Origin: Eledone cirrhosa
Taxonomy: Eukaryota
DNA: 64,000 nucleotides
Assembly (NCBI GenBank): GCA_964016885.1
Contig: OZ024742.1
Coordinates: forward strand, 59,086,001-59,150,000
Reading direction: 5' to 3'
Every line of letters starts with the position of its first letter. Position 1 is the first letter of the stretch. Of the stretch, positions 1-13,200 are shown in pieces. The notes under the pieces are model-generated. The model did not search any database. It had not been told where the DNA came from and saw only the letters and a list, made by a program, of their open reading frames with translations. The position numbers were made by a program, and so were the translations under genes.

Positions 1-1200
1 GCTTACGTTTCAAGTAAAGGCTGTCTATGTCACTATTGATGTGGAAGTTGCCGGTGTTGTTCAGTACTTTTCATGTTCCAACATCAACTGCTCGGATATC
101 GTCTATCGTCAAATTGAGAATTCCAAACGTTGGTGTTAGGACAGGCACAGCAAACACATTGTGAGCCACTGTTTTGTTTTGCGCAGAGAGTTCCGATGAC
201 CAAATCTTTCTTAATCGGGTGTAGTATTCCCTGGTTACGCGTTCTTTATTACAGATACCATTATAGGATATGTTCTCATCTATCCCCAGGTATCTGTAGC
301 AGTCCTCATCAGATATCTGTGAAACAGTTAGGCCATTTATGACAATGTTGCTAGATTGGGTTGTTGTTTTTCCCCGCTTTACAGTCATATATGAGCATTT
401 ATCTTGGCCAAACTCCATTCCTATATCCTTTGAGAACGTTGTAAACAGGTCAAGATTTTTCTTCATCCCATCCATGTTCTTGGCACAGAGTTTCAGATCA
501 TCCACAAAGAAATTATGGGTTAGGTTCGTATTTCTGTCCTCCTGTGAGCCAATGATGTATCTGTAGTGACCTACATTCCGCGGGCTCACATACATTCTCT
601 GTGCGTGATTTGGCTCAGCTCAGCCAATCAGCGCCAGGAGAAGAGGATGTACCCCTACGCGTTCTGAGAGAAAAATAGCCCGCAAAGATTTGAGAAATCA
701 AAGACTCGCAGCTTGACCATGCTAAGGTAAACACCACTTGTTCTTTTGCTCCGTAAGCACAAACAATATGTAACGACAAAACATTACATACGGACCTGGC
801 CAAACGCCTCAGCCAGTCGACCGTATTTTCTCTTGTAATCTTAATTGAATTATTTCATTTCTCTTGGCATGCCAACTTAATTCACTTCGTAACCTTTGTT
901 AATAAATAATGTAAAAACAAGCTAAAGTCGTTGTCGATATTCCTATCATATCTTTCTACCAAACCTGGTTCCTCGTGGCAACATTACAACTCTCTAAATA
1001 CTTCTCCGCTAAATTGGTGACAAAAACAACACTCCCAAATATCCTTCACATTTTTTGAGCAGAGAGCACAAGGGGTTTAATGACAGGATGAATAATATCA
1101 CAGAGAGTCTGTCTCCCTGAAATATACCCCTGCGATATTTTATTTTATCAGTGAAAATAGAGTCCTTCTTCTCTGTCTTTAACCTTAGGATAGTAGCCCA
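1..1200 (-). mobile_element. R4/Dong-type non-LTR retrotransposon, RT fragment (copy A), interrupted by an LTR-like insertion
   Basis: Minus-strand translation gives RGIFQGDRLS..LSLNPL (1009-1200), FFVDDLK and YRYLGIDE..IWSSELS (71-557). Removing 562-1043 restores LKKCEGYIIGSQ. The 5' end abuts (TATG)n at 1201. Confidence 0.85.
562..1039 (+). mobile_element. Solo-LTR-like element, copy 1
   Basis: Starts TGTAGTGACC, contains CCAAT and AATAAA (901), and is flanked by a 4-bp duplication TATC (558-561/1040-1043) inside an RT reading frame. Closely similar to 22018-22554. Confidence 0.6.
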
Positions 1201-1240
1201 GTATGTATGTATGTATGTATGTATGTATGTATGTATGTAT

Positions 1241-1851
1241 GTCAGGTCACCAGTTGGTGCTACTGGTAACATCTATCCCAGTACAACCTGTCTCATAGTC
1301 GGGTCGTTGGCGACTAAACTGGCAACCCCACCAAAGTTTCTTGGTGAGGAGGGTGACTTTGGACATCCTGCAGGACTAAAAACAAAACCTGTCAAAAGGC
1401 AAAGGAGCTCTTAAGAGTCAATGGCCATCCAAAATCACCGGGAGAGATGACCCATTAGCCTTTGTCAAGGCAGAATTCTAGGAGAAGGAAAACTCTGATA
1501 TAACACCTCCAACCCTGATGGTATCCAATGATGTTGACTTGTTATTCTTTTTGGCAAATATCATCTTGGTTAAGAGAGTGGGACTAGCTTTGTGCAGTGC
1601 CTTTGCTCACTATAAAAGCTTCACGGCACAGGCATTGCTTTATATCAGGAGATCTCTCTGCACTTGTCATCACATGGTCACATGGGCCCAGCACTATGTG
1701 TCAATAATTGTCGCAAGTGTAGTGTTTGTACCAGAGTTTTCAAGTCGCTGGCTGGATTAAAAAGCCACACTCGTTCAGTGCATCGGTAGGGGTTCTCCAA
1801 CATGGATATAAAGTAGTGGCCGTACACGAAAACGAGTTGGCAGCCACCATG
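1241..1851 (+). mobile_element. Non-autonomous RTE-derived element (~610 bp), copy 1
   Basis: RTE-type 5'UTR motif GGAGAAGGAAAACTCTGA. The 3' part encodes a C2H2 finger CSVCTRVFKSLAGLKSHTRSVHR* (stop 1787-1789). Preceded by (TATG)n and followed by ATGTATATA. Confidence 0.75.
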
Positions 1852-1951
1852 TATATATATATATAGCGGGTTAAATTAGCTTGATAGTGGGGTTTAAAAC
1901 CTTCTAAAAATGGAAACGGTTGAGTATTGACATATGTATGTATTTACATAA

Positions 1952-1982
<31 letters not shown>

Positions 1983-2018
1983 TGTATGTATGTATGTATG
2001 TATGTATGTATGTATTAT

Positions 2019-2628
2019 GTCAGGTCACCAGTTGGTGCTACTGGTAACATGTATTCCAGTACAACCTGTCTCATGGTCGGGTCGTTAGCGACTAAACTGG
2101 CAACCCCACCAAGTTTTCTTGGTGAGGAGGGTGACTTTGGACATCCTGCAGGACTAAAAACAAAACCTGTCAAAGGGCAAAGGAGCTCTTAAGAGTCAAT
2201 GGCCATCCAAAATCACCGGGTGAGATGACCCATTAGCCTTTGTCAAGGCAGAATTCTAGGAGAAGGAAAACTCTGATATAACACCTGCAACCCTGATGGT
2301 ATCCAATGATGTTGACTTGTTATTCTTTTTGGCAAATATCATCTTGGTTAAGAGAGTGGGACTGGCTTTGTGCAGTGCCTTTGCTCACTATAAAAGCTTC
2401 ACGGCACAGGCATTGCTTTATATCTGGAGATCTCTCTGCACGTGTCGTTACATGGTACCATGGGCCCAGCACTATGTGTCAATAATTGTCACAGGTGTAG
2501 TGTTTGTACCAGAGTTTTCAAGTCGCTGGCTGGACTAAAAAGTCACACTCGTTCAGCGCATCGGTGGGGGTTCTCCTACATGGATATAAAGTAGTGGCCG
2601 TACTCGAAAACGAGTTGGCAGCCACTAT
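2019..2628 (+). mobile_element. Non-autonomous RTE-derived element, copy 2
   Basis: Colinear and highly similar to 1241-1851; flanked on both sides by (TATG)n. Confidence 0.8.
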
Positions 2629-2646
2629 GTATGTATGTATGTATGT

Positions 2647-4513
2647 TATCTCTTTCTCTTAATTTCGAGTATATTTTTTTGACCGGCCACCTTCCTGGTG
2701 GAAAAGAAATTGTCATCCCTTGAATCGCAAGAATGTTTTGCAAATTTTGAAGGTGCCAGCTATCGCAGCCATTTGTAGACTATGAATTAGGGAGCTGCGC
2801 TCTTTGTACGCAAATCCAAGTTCAGTCATACTTTGGTCCCAGCGGGTTGGTATATAACCCGTAGCTCCAATAATGATGGGTATGAAGCTAAAGTTGTATC
2901 TTGGATACTGGATTTGTAAACTCCTCATCAATGGCCCGTAGATGTCCTGCTTCTCCTGTATTTTTCTGACAACGTTTACATCAAGTATGCAGCTGATCTC
3001 CACAACAGAACACGTTTTCAATGTGAGGTCCCAAACAACAATATCAGGCCGGTTGTGCTTTAATTTGGTGGCAGTTTTTATTTTCAGGTTCCACCAGTAT
3101 TCCTTAGTGCCATCTGTCTCAATATATTCTTCCTCGTTTGTTGTTAATTTTGTTTTCCGAAGTGCGCTCCAGATGGTTCTAGCTATCCCATCGTGTCTCA
3201 TGGAGAGGTAGTAGCGAGATGACATTCTTTCGCAGCTGGCAACAATGTGGCTTACATCCTCGATCTTTGTTTTACATAGCGTACATTTATTGTCAGCTGA
3301 TGGCCCTCCCCTTTTGTGCAGCATATATTTGGAAGGGAGTTCTTGTTCCTGTATTGCATAGAGATATCCCTCAAGGTGTGATGTAATAAACTTGTCGGAA
3401 CTCCATGCCAGGCTTTTTGAGTGGTTTATCCCCTCTATGATCTGTGTTTTACGTCTCAAGTATCCATGCACAACTTTTTCTGTAAATTGGTCAATTTTTT
3501 CATCTTGTTTGTATATTGAATAGGATCTTCCGATTTCTCTGGGTGAGAGATTTATATCAGGCTTTATTCCATATCTCTCCTCCAGATCACTGGCTATTCT
3601 AATGATATTTTTTTTCATGCTCATAAACCTGGGCAAGGTGGTTGCCAACCTTTTTCCTCTGTTGAAGATGTTGCTTCAGTGTTACTATCCGGGTATCATA
3701 TGATGTTAATATGGATTTTAGACCCCGGCTACCTTCCTTGCGTGAGAAGTATAGCCTATCCACATCACCATTGATGTTAAAGTTCCCAGTAACACTGAGA
3801 AGTTTGCGAGTTCTAACATCCATCTCACTTAGTTCTTGCAATGACCAGTTCAGCAGGCCAAATGTTGGCGCTAGAATTGGCACAGCATAAGTATTGTGGG
3901 CAATGTATTTGTTGTACGCTGACAGTTCTGATGACCATATTTTCTTTACTCTTCTGAGGTATTCAGTTCTGGTTCTCTCTTTATTTATGGGTCCATCATA
4001 TCTGACATTCTCATCCTGTCCAAGATATCTGTAGATGTCACCTGACTGTAATGGTTGTATTGTTAGGCCGTTTATCTCTAGATTTCTAGATGAAGGCACA
4101 GCTCTTCCACGTTTTACTGCCAAATATGAACACTTGGACTCACCAAATTTCATTTTGATGTCTGTTTAAAATTGTGTAATGAGGTCCAATTGTTTCTTGA
4201 TGTCATTGATATTTGGCCCATACAACTTCAGGTCATCAACAAAGAAAAGATGGGAGATACTTCTGGACCCACTTCTTTGTCCACCTTGTTTCCTGAGTAG
4301 GTAAGATAGTGGATTTAGTGAGAGAACGAAGAGTAGCACTGACAATCTATCACCCTGAAAGATGCCCTTCTGGTAATGTATCTTATCAGTCTTAACTTGC
4401 TCCTTCTCACCTCTAAGGATCAAATTGGTGTACCAGTTCTTGGACAGACGTTCAACAGCAGCTACCAGTGGTTGTGGGTCTTTGGCTAACTGCAAAGCCT
4501 TAACAATCCACCC
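2647..4513 (-). mobile_element. 5'-truncated R4/Dong-type LINE (copy B): RT, CCHC knuckle and restriction-like endonuclease, decayed
   Basis: KGIFQGDRLS and LFFVDDLKLY; CTLC..SHIVASC; RHD; RPDIVVWD..VVEIS. One in-frame stop (4166) and one frameshift (~3640). Short 3'UTR followed by (CATA)n. Confidence 0.9.
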
Positions 4514-4570
4514 ATGTATGTATGTATGTATGTATGTATGTATGTATGTATGTATGTATGTATGTATGTA

Positions 4571-4866
4571 TCTCTTTCTCTTAATTTCGAGTATATTTTT
4601 TTGACCGGCCACCTTCCTGGTGGCAAGGTTGTAAAAGAAAAGAAATTGTCATCCCTTGAATCACAAGAATGTTTTGCAAATTTTGAAGGTGCCAGCTATC
4701 GCAGCCATTTGTAGACTATGAATTAGGGAGCTGCGCTTTTTGTCCGCAAATCCAAGTTCAGTCATACTTTGGTCTAAGCGGGTTGGTATATAACCCGTAG
4801 CTCCAATAATGATGGGTATGAAGCTAAAGTTGTATCTTGGATACTGGATTTGTAAAATCCTCATCA
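4571..4866 (-). mobile_element. Short 3' fragment of the same R4/Dong-type LINE (copy C)
   Basis: Near-identical to 2650-2930; flanked on both sides by (TATG)n. Confidence 0.9.
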
Positions 4867-4884
4867 TGTATGTATGTATGTATG

Positions 4885-4915
<31 letters not shown>

Positions 4916-4981
4916 TACTCAATACGTTTAATATAAAAATGACTTCTATAGGACTATTTCATTCGTATGAAATCTCGATGA

Positions 4982-5056
<75 letters not shown>

Positions 5057-5592
5057 TGCACACACCTACGCACACACACACGCATATTACAATAATGACA
5101 TAATCAGCTACTTAAGTTTCGTTGGATTATACACCCCAACTCATTCAGCCTGTTATACAAAATAGAAATGGTACTTCCACAGGTTGATTTGAAGTTTTTA
5201 GAAAATACACGAGATTTCTTCAAGGGCAGGTAATTTTGAATTTAGCTATAAATAAACAAATCTTCTAAATGGAGGCAACTATCAAAAAGGTACAAAGGAG
5301 TGGGGAAACCTGTGCAAAGTTAGTAATTTACAGAAATTAAATTCCTTGAAATCAGTTTCTCTGGTCTATACCATTTCCTCCATAATCAATTTCGCTTTGT
5401 GTAGACATCGACTAAGCAGCCGATGTAGGTATTTAAGCAATGTTTTCCCGAAGCTAGTTGCGAGAGTATATTCGACTTTTCCGAGTTACATAGCCGGCAA
5501 AATTTCGTTCCATTAACATAGGGGATGCATTTTTCTAATATACTTCAGTTAATGGAAAATGATGTATCATTATCTTTGAGGTAATATGAATG

Positions 5593-5656
<64 letters not shown>

Positions 5657-6499
5657 GAGTAGCAGCGAATATGATCGTTGCCTTTATATTTCATTACATG
5701 GTATGATTGTAAGGGAAGCTGCTTAGCTTGGGATACGACGATATGGTGGTGTAAACTTAAACAACTAAGCTACAAAGTGTGATGCCACTACGTGCATGAG
5801 GATGGATAGAGCTGATATCCACTTATTTACGGTGGGGCTTAACGTTGTTAGAATTCAATATAGCTTTGAAGAGATGGTTTCAACGAGTTCATGCGGTAAG
5901 AGCTATAGTTTTTGTTGTAGGCTTTTATTGCATAAAGTTCCATCGAAGATCTTACTCAAGCTACAGAGTCATTTATATATATGTGTGTATTGAACAATGA
6001 ACATAAAACAAAAGTCGAAGATAGGTTACTAATGGTATGAAATTCCAACTGCGAACTCTGGCGGTCGGACTTTAATCCAATAAATGTACACTCTGCATCT
6101 CATCATGCATCAAGTACTTACTTTGTCTTTTGGTCTTTCGGGGCTTTGCAGGGCTGTCACTCCGTATATATAATGGCCTTTTTCGTCACGTACTGTTCGA
6201 CACTTTTTTGCTTTTGTTTTAATACTCGAACGGCAGTGTTTGACTATTTTGTTAGGCACCATGACCCAGGATGGAACAGTAGTACGTCGGTAGGGATCGA
6301 AATTGTACACGTCCGTTTCAACGACCGATGACTACGAGTTCGCATTTGTTGCCAATATCACAGTGACGCACGAGTCATCCATCCACTTCTTATGTTAAGT
6401 TGCCTATGTACACGCAATGGATCGATTTTTTTTCTGATTGTAGAACTCGATCTCAGAACTTCGTTAGCTGTTGGCATAAATTTCTTCATCCGAATATTG

Positions 6500-6571
<72 letters not shown>

Positions 6572-6585
6572 GCACACACACAATA

Positions 6586-7070
6586 TCTAATTTATAATAA
6601 AGAAAGGAGTGCGGGACTGCGTCCAGAATATATTATTTTATACCATTTCTAAAATAAGTTGGATTACTTTGAATAAATAATGAATGAATATTACATAATT
6701 TATCTACTAAATTTCGTTATTCTTGATTAAATATAAATTATTTTGTTGCTCATTTTAAGATTCATTTCTTTAAAATTTTCAAATGTCAACACTTCCGGTT
6801 AGCGATCGCTTAAATAAATATTCATATATTTCCGTCACTAATTTTCTTCTAATGCAGTTTTTATATATAATATCGTCATTTTTAAATGTATCAATGGATT
6901 ACGTTACTGATTACATAAGACAGTGTAACGCAGTCTTCATTCAATTTCTGTGTATATTGTCAATTACAATTTTATTTGATGTATCATATCTAGATGCATA
7001 TATACTTGTATATAATATACACACTACACATGCTAGCAGAAAACCACCGTAAGGGTGGTTTTTCTGCTAG
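6586..7070 (+). mobile_element. Candidate non-autonomous Helitron
   Basis: Begins A|TC followed by an AT-rich tract. Ends with the hairpin CTAGCAGAAAACCACC-GTAA-GGGTGGTTTTTCTGCTAG, terminating in CTAG. The next base is G rather than the canonical T. Confidence 0.4.
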
Positions 7071-7133
7071 GAAAGAAGGGCGGAAAAAGAGAGAAAGAGG
7101 ACAAGAAAATTGTGTCAAAAAGAGTAAATAGGT

Positions 7134-7199
<66 letters not shown>

Positions 7200-8154
7200 T
7201 TTAATTGAGTGCTTATACAAAGATTCATACGATAAGAATGTTGTAGGTATTTTTTTCCGCTAGCCTTTATTGCTCTGAATATGATTTATGTTTGGCCTAC
7301 ACACATATGCACAGAACACCCTCAATATATTTAAGATTCTATAAATGTATTTCTGAATATATTTTATTCCATATATACGACCATAAAACTAATAGTGACA
7401 TCTGCCAGACATTTTAATGCTAATGCAGAGTTTTGCTTGCTGAGCTATGTTGGCAAAACTTTTCAAATTTTTTGGCAACATTTTTGGCAAAATTTTTCAA
7501 TTGAAAACTATCAACGGTAATATTTTGTAATGTTGATCGTCAGACAAAAATAAACAAAGTAAACGATTTTTTTAGCCTTCTATGTGTAAAATACACACTA
7601 GAAAGGTGGGCGGCTCTTCTTAGAACAGCTTTAGCGTTGATACATTACTGGATGATTTTGTTTCAATATGTGACCATCTCGCAGGTTATGGGATAAATTA
7701 TATGGGTAAATCTGCTTGGCATTTTAATAGGGATGTTAGCTTAGGGGTGTTAGCGAAAATGTAGATTTATTGATGAAAAAATATCAGCAGTGACTCTTTT
7801 TCACGACATCCACCACAACAAACGCAGGAATGCAGGAAAGATATTTATTGTTGAAGCAACATAAGGCATACTACCGTTTACTTCAAATCACTAAGTACAC
7901 ACATCACTTCTTATCACATCACTCACAGTGTCTGTGTCTTTCCTCTCCAGTCCCGAACTAACTATTAACTTTAATGTTTCTCCCCCATAACGTAATCCCC
8001 ACTCCCTGGAATTCCCTACCCTGCAGACATAGACAGATTATCAGTCTTTTGAAGGCTATGGGTAATACTCTATTGCTCACAGGTTCATCTTTAGATGTTT
8101 CCAATAGAATATAATTTATTTTTTCACGTATAGCGATTGCCATTCGCTCATTCA

Positions 8155-8290
8155 AACTTTCTCCAGTTCAGGAAAATAATCGACTCTAGTAACTGACACG
8201 TACTTTATTTATCGATTCTGGAAGTACGAAAGGTAAAGTTAGCTCCAGTAAGATTTGAATACAGAGCCGAAACAAATACCGCAAAGTAGT
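8155..8290 (-). mobile_element. Degenerate tRNA-derived SINE (main family)
   Basis: Contains the family core GTACTTTATTTATCGA..GAAAGGTAAAGTT..GATTTGAA. Confidence 0.6.
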
Positions 8291-8496
8291 ATTTACAAAG
8301 CTATGAAATAAAGACAATCACAACAACAACACAAACAACAGGAGCAAAAGCAAAAATGACAACAACAACTATTACAACATATTTTAATATAAAATATATC
8401 CTCTCGAAAATAAAGTTGTGTCTAAAAATGTGTATGTCTGTGTGTCTAATAATATATATGGGTGTTTAAGTGCGTGTGTTGTGCGTGGTTAAGTTT

Positions 8497-8712
8497 GAGT
8501 GCGCGAGGACAAGTATGCGTGTGTCTATGTAGGTCTGGTCTATAAGAGTGTGCGCGGGGACAAGTATGCGTGTGTCTATGTAGGTCTGGTCTATAAGAGT
8601 GTGCGCGGGGACAAGTATGCGTGTGTCTATGTAGGTCTGGTCTATAAGAGTGTGCGCGGGGACAAGTATGCGTGTGTCTATGTAGGTCTGGTCTATAAGA
8701 GTGGGCGCGAAG
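8497..8712. repeat. 51-bp minisatellite, ~4 copies
   Basis: Unit GTGTGCGCGGGGACAAGTATGCGTGTGTCTATGTAGGTCTGGTCTATAAGA repeated almost perfectly. Confidence 0.95.
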
Positions 8713-8715
8713 ACG

Positions 8716-8845
8716 TGTGGCTTAATGGTTAGAGAGTTTGGCTCACGATTGTAAGTTCGTATTCAGGCGGCGCATTTAGCTCTTGAGTAAAACAACATTA
8801 TTTCACGTTGCTTCAGTTCACTCAGCTGCCAGTAATGAGTTGCAT
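8716..8845 (+). mobile_element. tRNA-derived CORE-type SINE, degenerate
   Basis: A-box TGGCTTAATGG and a decayed B-box, then CORE-like CTTGAGTAA..ATTTCACGTTGCTTCAGTTCACTCAGCTG. Confidence 0.6.
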
Positions 8846-9424
8846 CTGTCATTCAATGAGCCTGCATTGAAACACACATGATGATTTACGCACCTTTACA
8901 TAACATTTTGTATCAAGGAATTACATCATTTTGATATAAACCCAATCATTTTTGGCGGGTACTACGTTAGTATATATGTATATATATATATATATCCAGT
9001 CATAGAGATAAACCAAACATACATATATTAATAACTTTATACCCTACACATGCATATATATATATATATATATACAGACACACATAATAACATTTTGCCT
9101 AGAATAAAACACCGAATGTTTTGTTATCAGATCAAACATTATCACGGCGGTGCTTAAGGGCGTGTGACACTGATATTAATTTAGGTCAGAGCTGTAAACA
9201 GACTTAGACTTCGGCAAAGAAGCCAGCAAAACAAAAAACAAAAACTAAACAAAAAAATAACACAATAGGAAAGATAACAGCAAAACTATCACCAGAACAA
9301 AATGTATTGAGGAAGAATATTATGACCCCAAAACGGAATAAAGAAGATACACGAAGAACCCAACCGCCAAAACTATTATATATATTTATATTTATATATA
9401 ATAATTTTGTATATATATATATAT

Positions 9425-9754
<330 letters not shown>

Positions 9755-9959
9755 ATGTTGCTTCCCCTTGTTTTTGCTGAGACTACCTTAAAATAATTCA
9801 TAACGGAAGGCTGTCGAATGTTTTCCATAAGCATCCTGTATAGAACACGTATATATATCTATATCTATATATATATACATATATACATATAAATATATAT
9901 ATATATATATAACGCTATGTTGGAGCGCCTATACTAAATGTTATATATATATATATATG

Positions 9960-10128
9960 CAGGGTGTCCCCCCAAAATGTATATACACATATTTATTAGA
10001 ATGCTGTTGAAGTATGTATACATTTGAGGGGGGGGGGGGCACCCTATATATATAGGGTGTCCCCAAAAAATGTTTACACATATTTATTAGAATGCTGTTG
10101 AAGTGTGTATACATTTTTTGGGGAGACC

Positions 10129-10131
<3 letters not shown>
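9960..10131. mobile_element. Two tandem ~80-85-bp Tc1/mariner-type MITEs
   Basis: TIRs CAGGGTGTCCCC(A)AAATGT..ACATTTTTTGGGGAGACCCTG in TA context; copies at 9960-10046 and 10053-10131. Confidence 0.75.
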
Positions 10132-10180
<49 letters not shown>

Positions 10181-10531
10181 GATAAAAATAAATAGTTCTA
10201 AGTGAAAAACGAAGACATGTGTTAAATCTCGAAAGCGGAAGTGGAATAAGTAGACAAGAAATATATAATCTAAATATTTTTTAAGGTGAAACAATTCTGT
10301 TTCGGGAAAGTTTATTCAAATTGTAAGCGGTAAATAAATGAGAGAAAAACTAGTAGCAAGAACAAGGTCTAATGATGGTAATACACTGATACACACACAC
10401 ACACACACACAGGCACACACGAACGCATACACACGCGCACTCACACAGACTCAGACAACCTAGATATATTTATGTATATATAATTATTATATTTGTGTTT
10501 ATATATATATATATTCTATGTATATATATAC

Positions 10532-10580
<49 letters not shown>

Positions 10581-10977
10581 AATATAGAGAAATAGATAGA
10601 GAGAGTGAGAGTGAGAGAGAGGAAGAGAGATATATAGATAGAGAGAATGAGAGTGGGAGAGCAAGAGATAGATAAATAGATAGAGATAGAGAGAAAGGAG
10701 GAGGAGGAGGAGAAGAGAGAGTGAGAGAGAGAGAGAGACAGAGACAGAGAGAGAGAGAGAGAGAGAGATAGAGAAAATGAAAGAGAATAGCGGGGGTGGG
10801 AAACAATTATTCTTAGTTTACCATTTTGTTTAGGAAAGTTAATCGTCTTTTTTCGAGGTTTATCGTTATTTTATAACCTCACTTGATGGCTTTTTGTTAC
10901 TGTCAACGTTTACAGCAGGAGTCTATGTGGATCATATCCAGCGTATTGAATATATACAAATATATATATATATATAT

Positions 10978-11017
<40 letters not shown>

Positions 11018-11095
11018 TATATATGTATGAATGTGTGTATATAGATATGTGTATATATATATACACATGTATGTGTATATATACACATGTGTGTA

Positions 11096-11260
11096 GATGA
11101 GTTGTTAGAGAATTGGATGCACAATCTTGATGTTGTGAGTTCGATTCCTGGACCGGGCCATGCTCCTTCTACCTGGAGTTGTGACCGATAGATAGTACTA
11201 GCAACTGGAAAGACCGACGTAAACATTGTTTCCTCGCTCCGATTTGACGAAAGTCGATCG
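11096..11260 (+). mobile_element. tRNA-derived SINE (second family), CORE region deleted
   Basis: B-box GAGTTCGATTCC; tail shared with 28659-28830 (-); followed by poly-A. Confidence 0.7.
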
Positions 11261-11303
11261 AAAAAAAAAAAAAGAAAAAGATATATAGATAGATATATAG
11301 ATA

Positions 11304-11997
11304 TCTTTCTTTATTTGCCACAGGGGCGTACAAAAATGGGAGATTACATGACGTGACGGCGGGGGTTTTACATAAAAATAACTTTAACATTAATAAATAA
11401 CAATAAACTATATATAATAAAATAACAATTGAAATCCTCAGTAGGGGGGAACATTACTGCAGGGTTGTTTTACACCCCGTGGATAGAACAACCCTCAACA
11501 CCAGGAACACGTTTTGTAGGTGTTCCTGTCTTCCCTCTGTTTATCTTCCTCAACCTACAGGTTTATATACAGAGAAGGCCCATTCACTCGGGCCATTTTC
11601 GTCACATTCACCCACCTTTCAGCGAATTTACTGGAGTGTAGCACCTCTCTCTCCACTCTCACCTTCCTTCTGAGGTGATACTTAAAGAAGGGGATAAGTT
11701 GTTCGACAGGTCCTTTTGGCAGGATCTCTGCCAGGGCGTCCGTGTCTGTAGATTTTGTCTCGAACTGGTAGAGCTCTTCGGTAGCACTGCGAGGCCAGAG
11801 ACCTCTGGAAGTTATCCATCGGCCCTGGACGGAAAGTTCTCCCGAACAGAGTGGTCAGTTCGTCCTCCTCGATGCCTAGAGTTTCCCCGAGAACGTCGTC
11901 GCACCTCTCCTCCACTAATCCCCTATATAATGTCGAAGTGGAGTCTCCGCTGATTGCCGTTTTCGCTTGGTAGACGGCTGTGAGCGCCTGTAGGCAC
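11304..11997 (-). mobile_element. 5'-truncated, internally deleted L1/Tx1-type LINE
   Basis: CDDVLGETLG..MDNFQRSLASQCYRRALPVRDKIYRHG matches the ORF2 C-terminus of the full-length copy. 20-bp TSD TATAGATAGATATATAGATA at 11284-11303/11998-12017. Confidence 0.9.
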
Positions 11998-12403
11998 TAT
12001 AGATAGATATATAGATAGATAAGGTTTTTTTTCTCTTCACTCTCCGCTCCTAGTTTTAAACAACAATAGTGTCTCTATGTTGTTATGGAATATGCTAGAA
12101 ATAGTAGTAGCCAAATAGCCTACATATTACACAACCTTAGAAATAACCAGTGCTATTTTTTAACGTTCATTTGTTTCTGCGCTTACACAGGTTGGACACA
12201 GCCCAGGGCTTAGCTCCGTTGGTTGGGCATTAAGCTACAATATATAAGATTACAATATATACACAGAGAAATGATCGGCTATTATCACAGTCGTTTGCAT
12301 TGGCACAACTACATTTCAAATTACCACAGTGCTCTTATGTCAACCGGATGTTTACACTTCTACCTACAGGCTTAAAATCTAAAAGCCGCCATATATATGT
12401 ATG

Positions 12404-12490
<87 letters not shown>

Positions 12491-12493
12491 ACG

Positions 12494-12546
<53 letters not shown>

Positions 12547-12594
12547 GAGCTGAGCTGAACAAGCAAACTTTAAACATTCTTTAAAATAAATTCT

Positions 12595-12669
<75 letters not shown>

Positions 12670-12778
12670 CATACTCAGATTTACATAACGCTGCATAAAC
12701 AACACACCCATATCTCCATATCTATACAATGTATATATGTATATATGTATATATATACATACATACATACATATATAT

Positions 12779-12865
<87 letters not shown>

Positions 12866-13200
12866 GGTGTTAAAGTTGATGGGATTAAATCTCCACTACG
12901 GTAACCCTTCTACCTTTGTTTTGTTTTCATTTTCGTTTCTCTCAATTTTCACTTTTCTCCTATTTCTCACTCACTTCCTACCTCGAGATTTCCCATCTGC
13001 ATTGTTGTGGCTTTCTAAACTACATATTTCATATATATATATATTTATATATATAACCAAAGATTAATATGGTTCATTGATTACTCAATGAATACAGTTT
13101 TACAATTAATTAAAAGCACTCAACAAGAGAATTTTCCCGGAGTTTTTAATATTATTCAAAATATTAACAAATGAAGATATTCACATAATCAAAATATATG

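Noticed and set aside
1518-1760. 80-aa ORF conserved in four copies (MVSNDVDLL..)
   Set aside because: Conservation follows from recent copying of the element; the recognisable C2H2 peptide is in another frame.
6110-6500. CpG-rich stretch with a minus-strand GTAAGT donor and a 66-aa ORF
   Set aside because: No acceptor or ATG in context and no recognisable protein; not supportable without RNA data.
8499-8732. ORF with repeated RGD motifs
   Set aside because: Translation of a 51-bp minisatellite; no ATG start or splice support.
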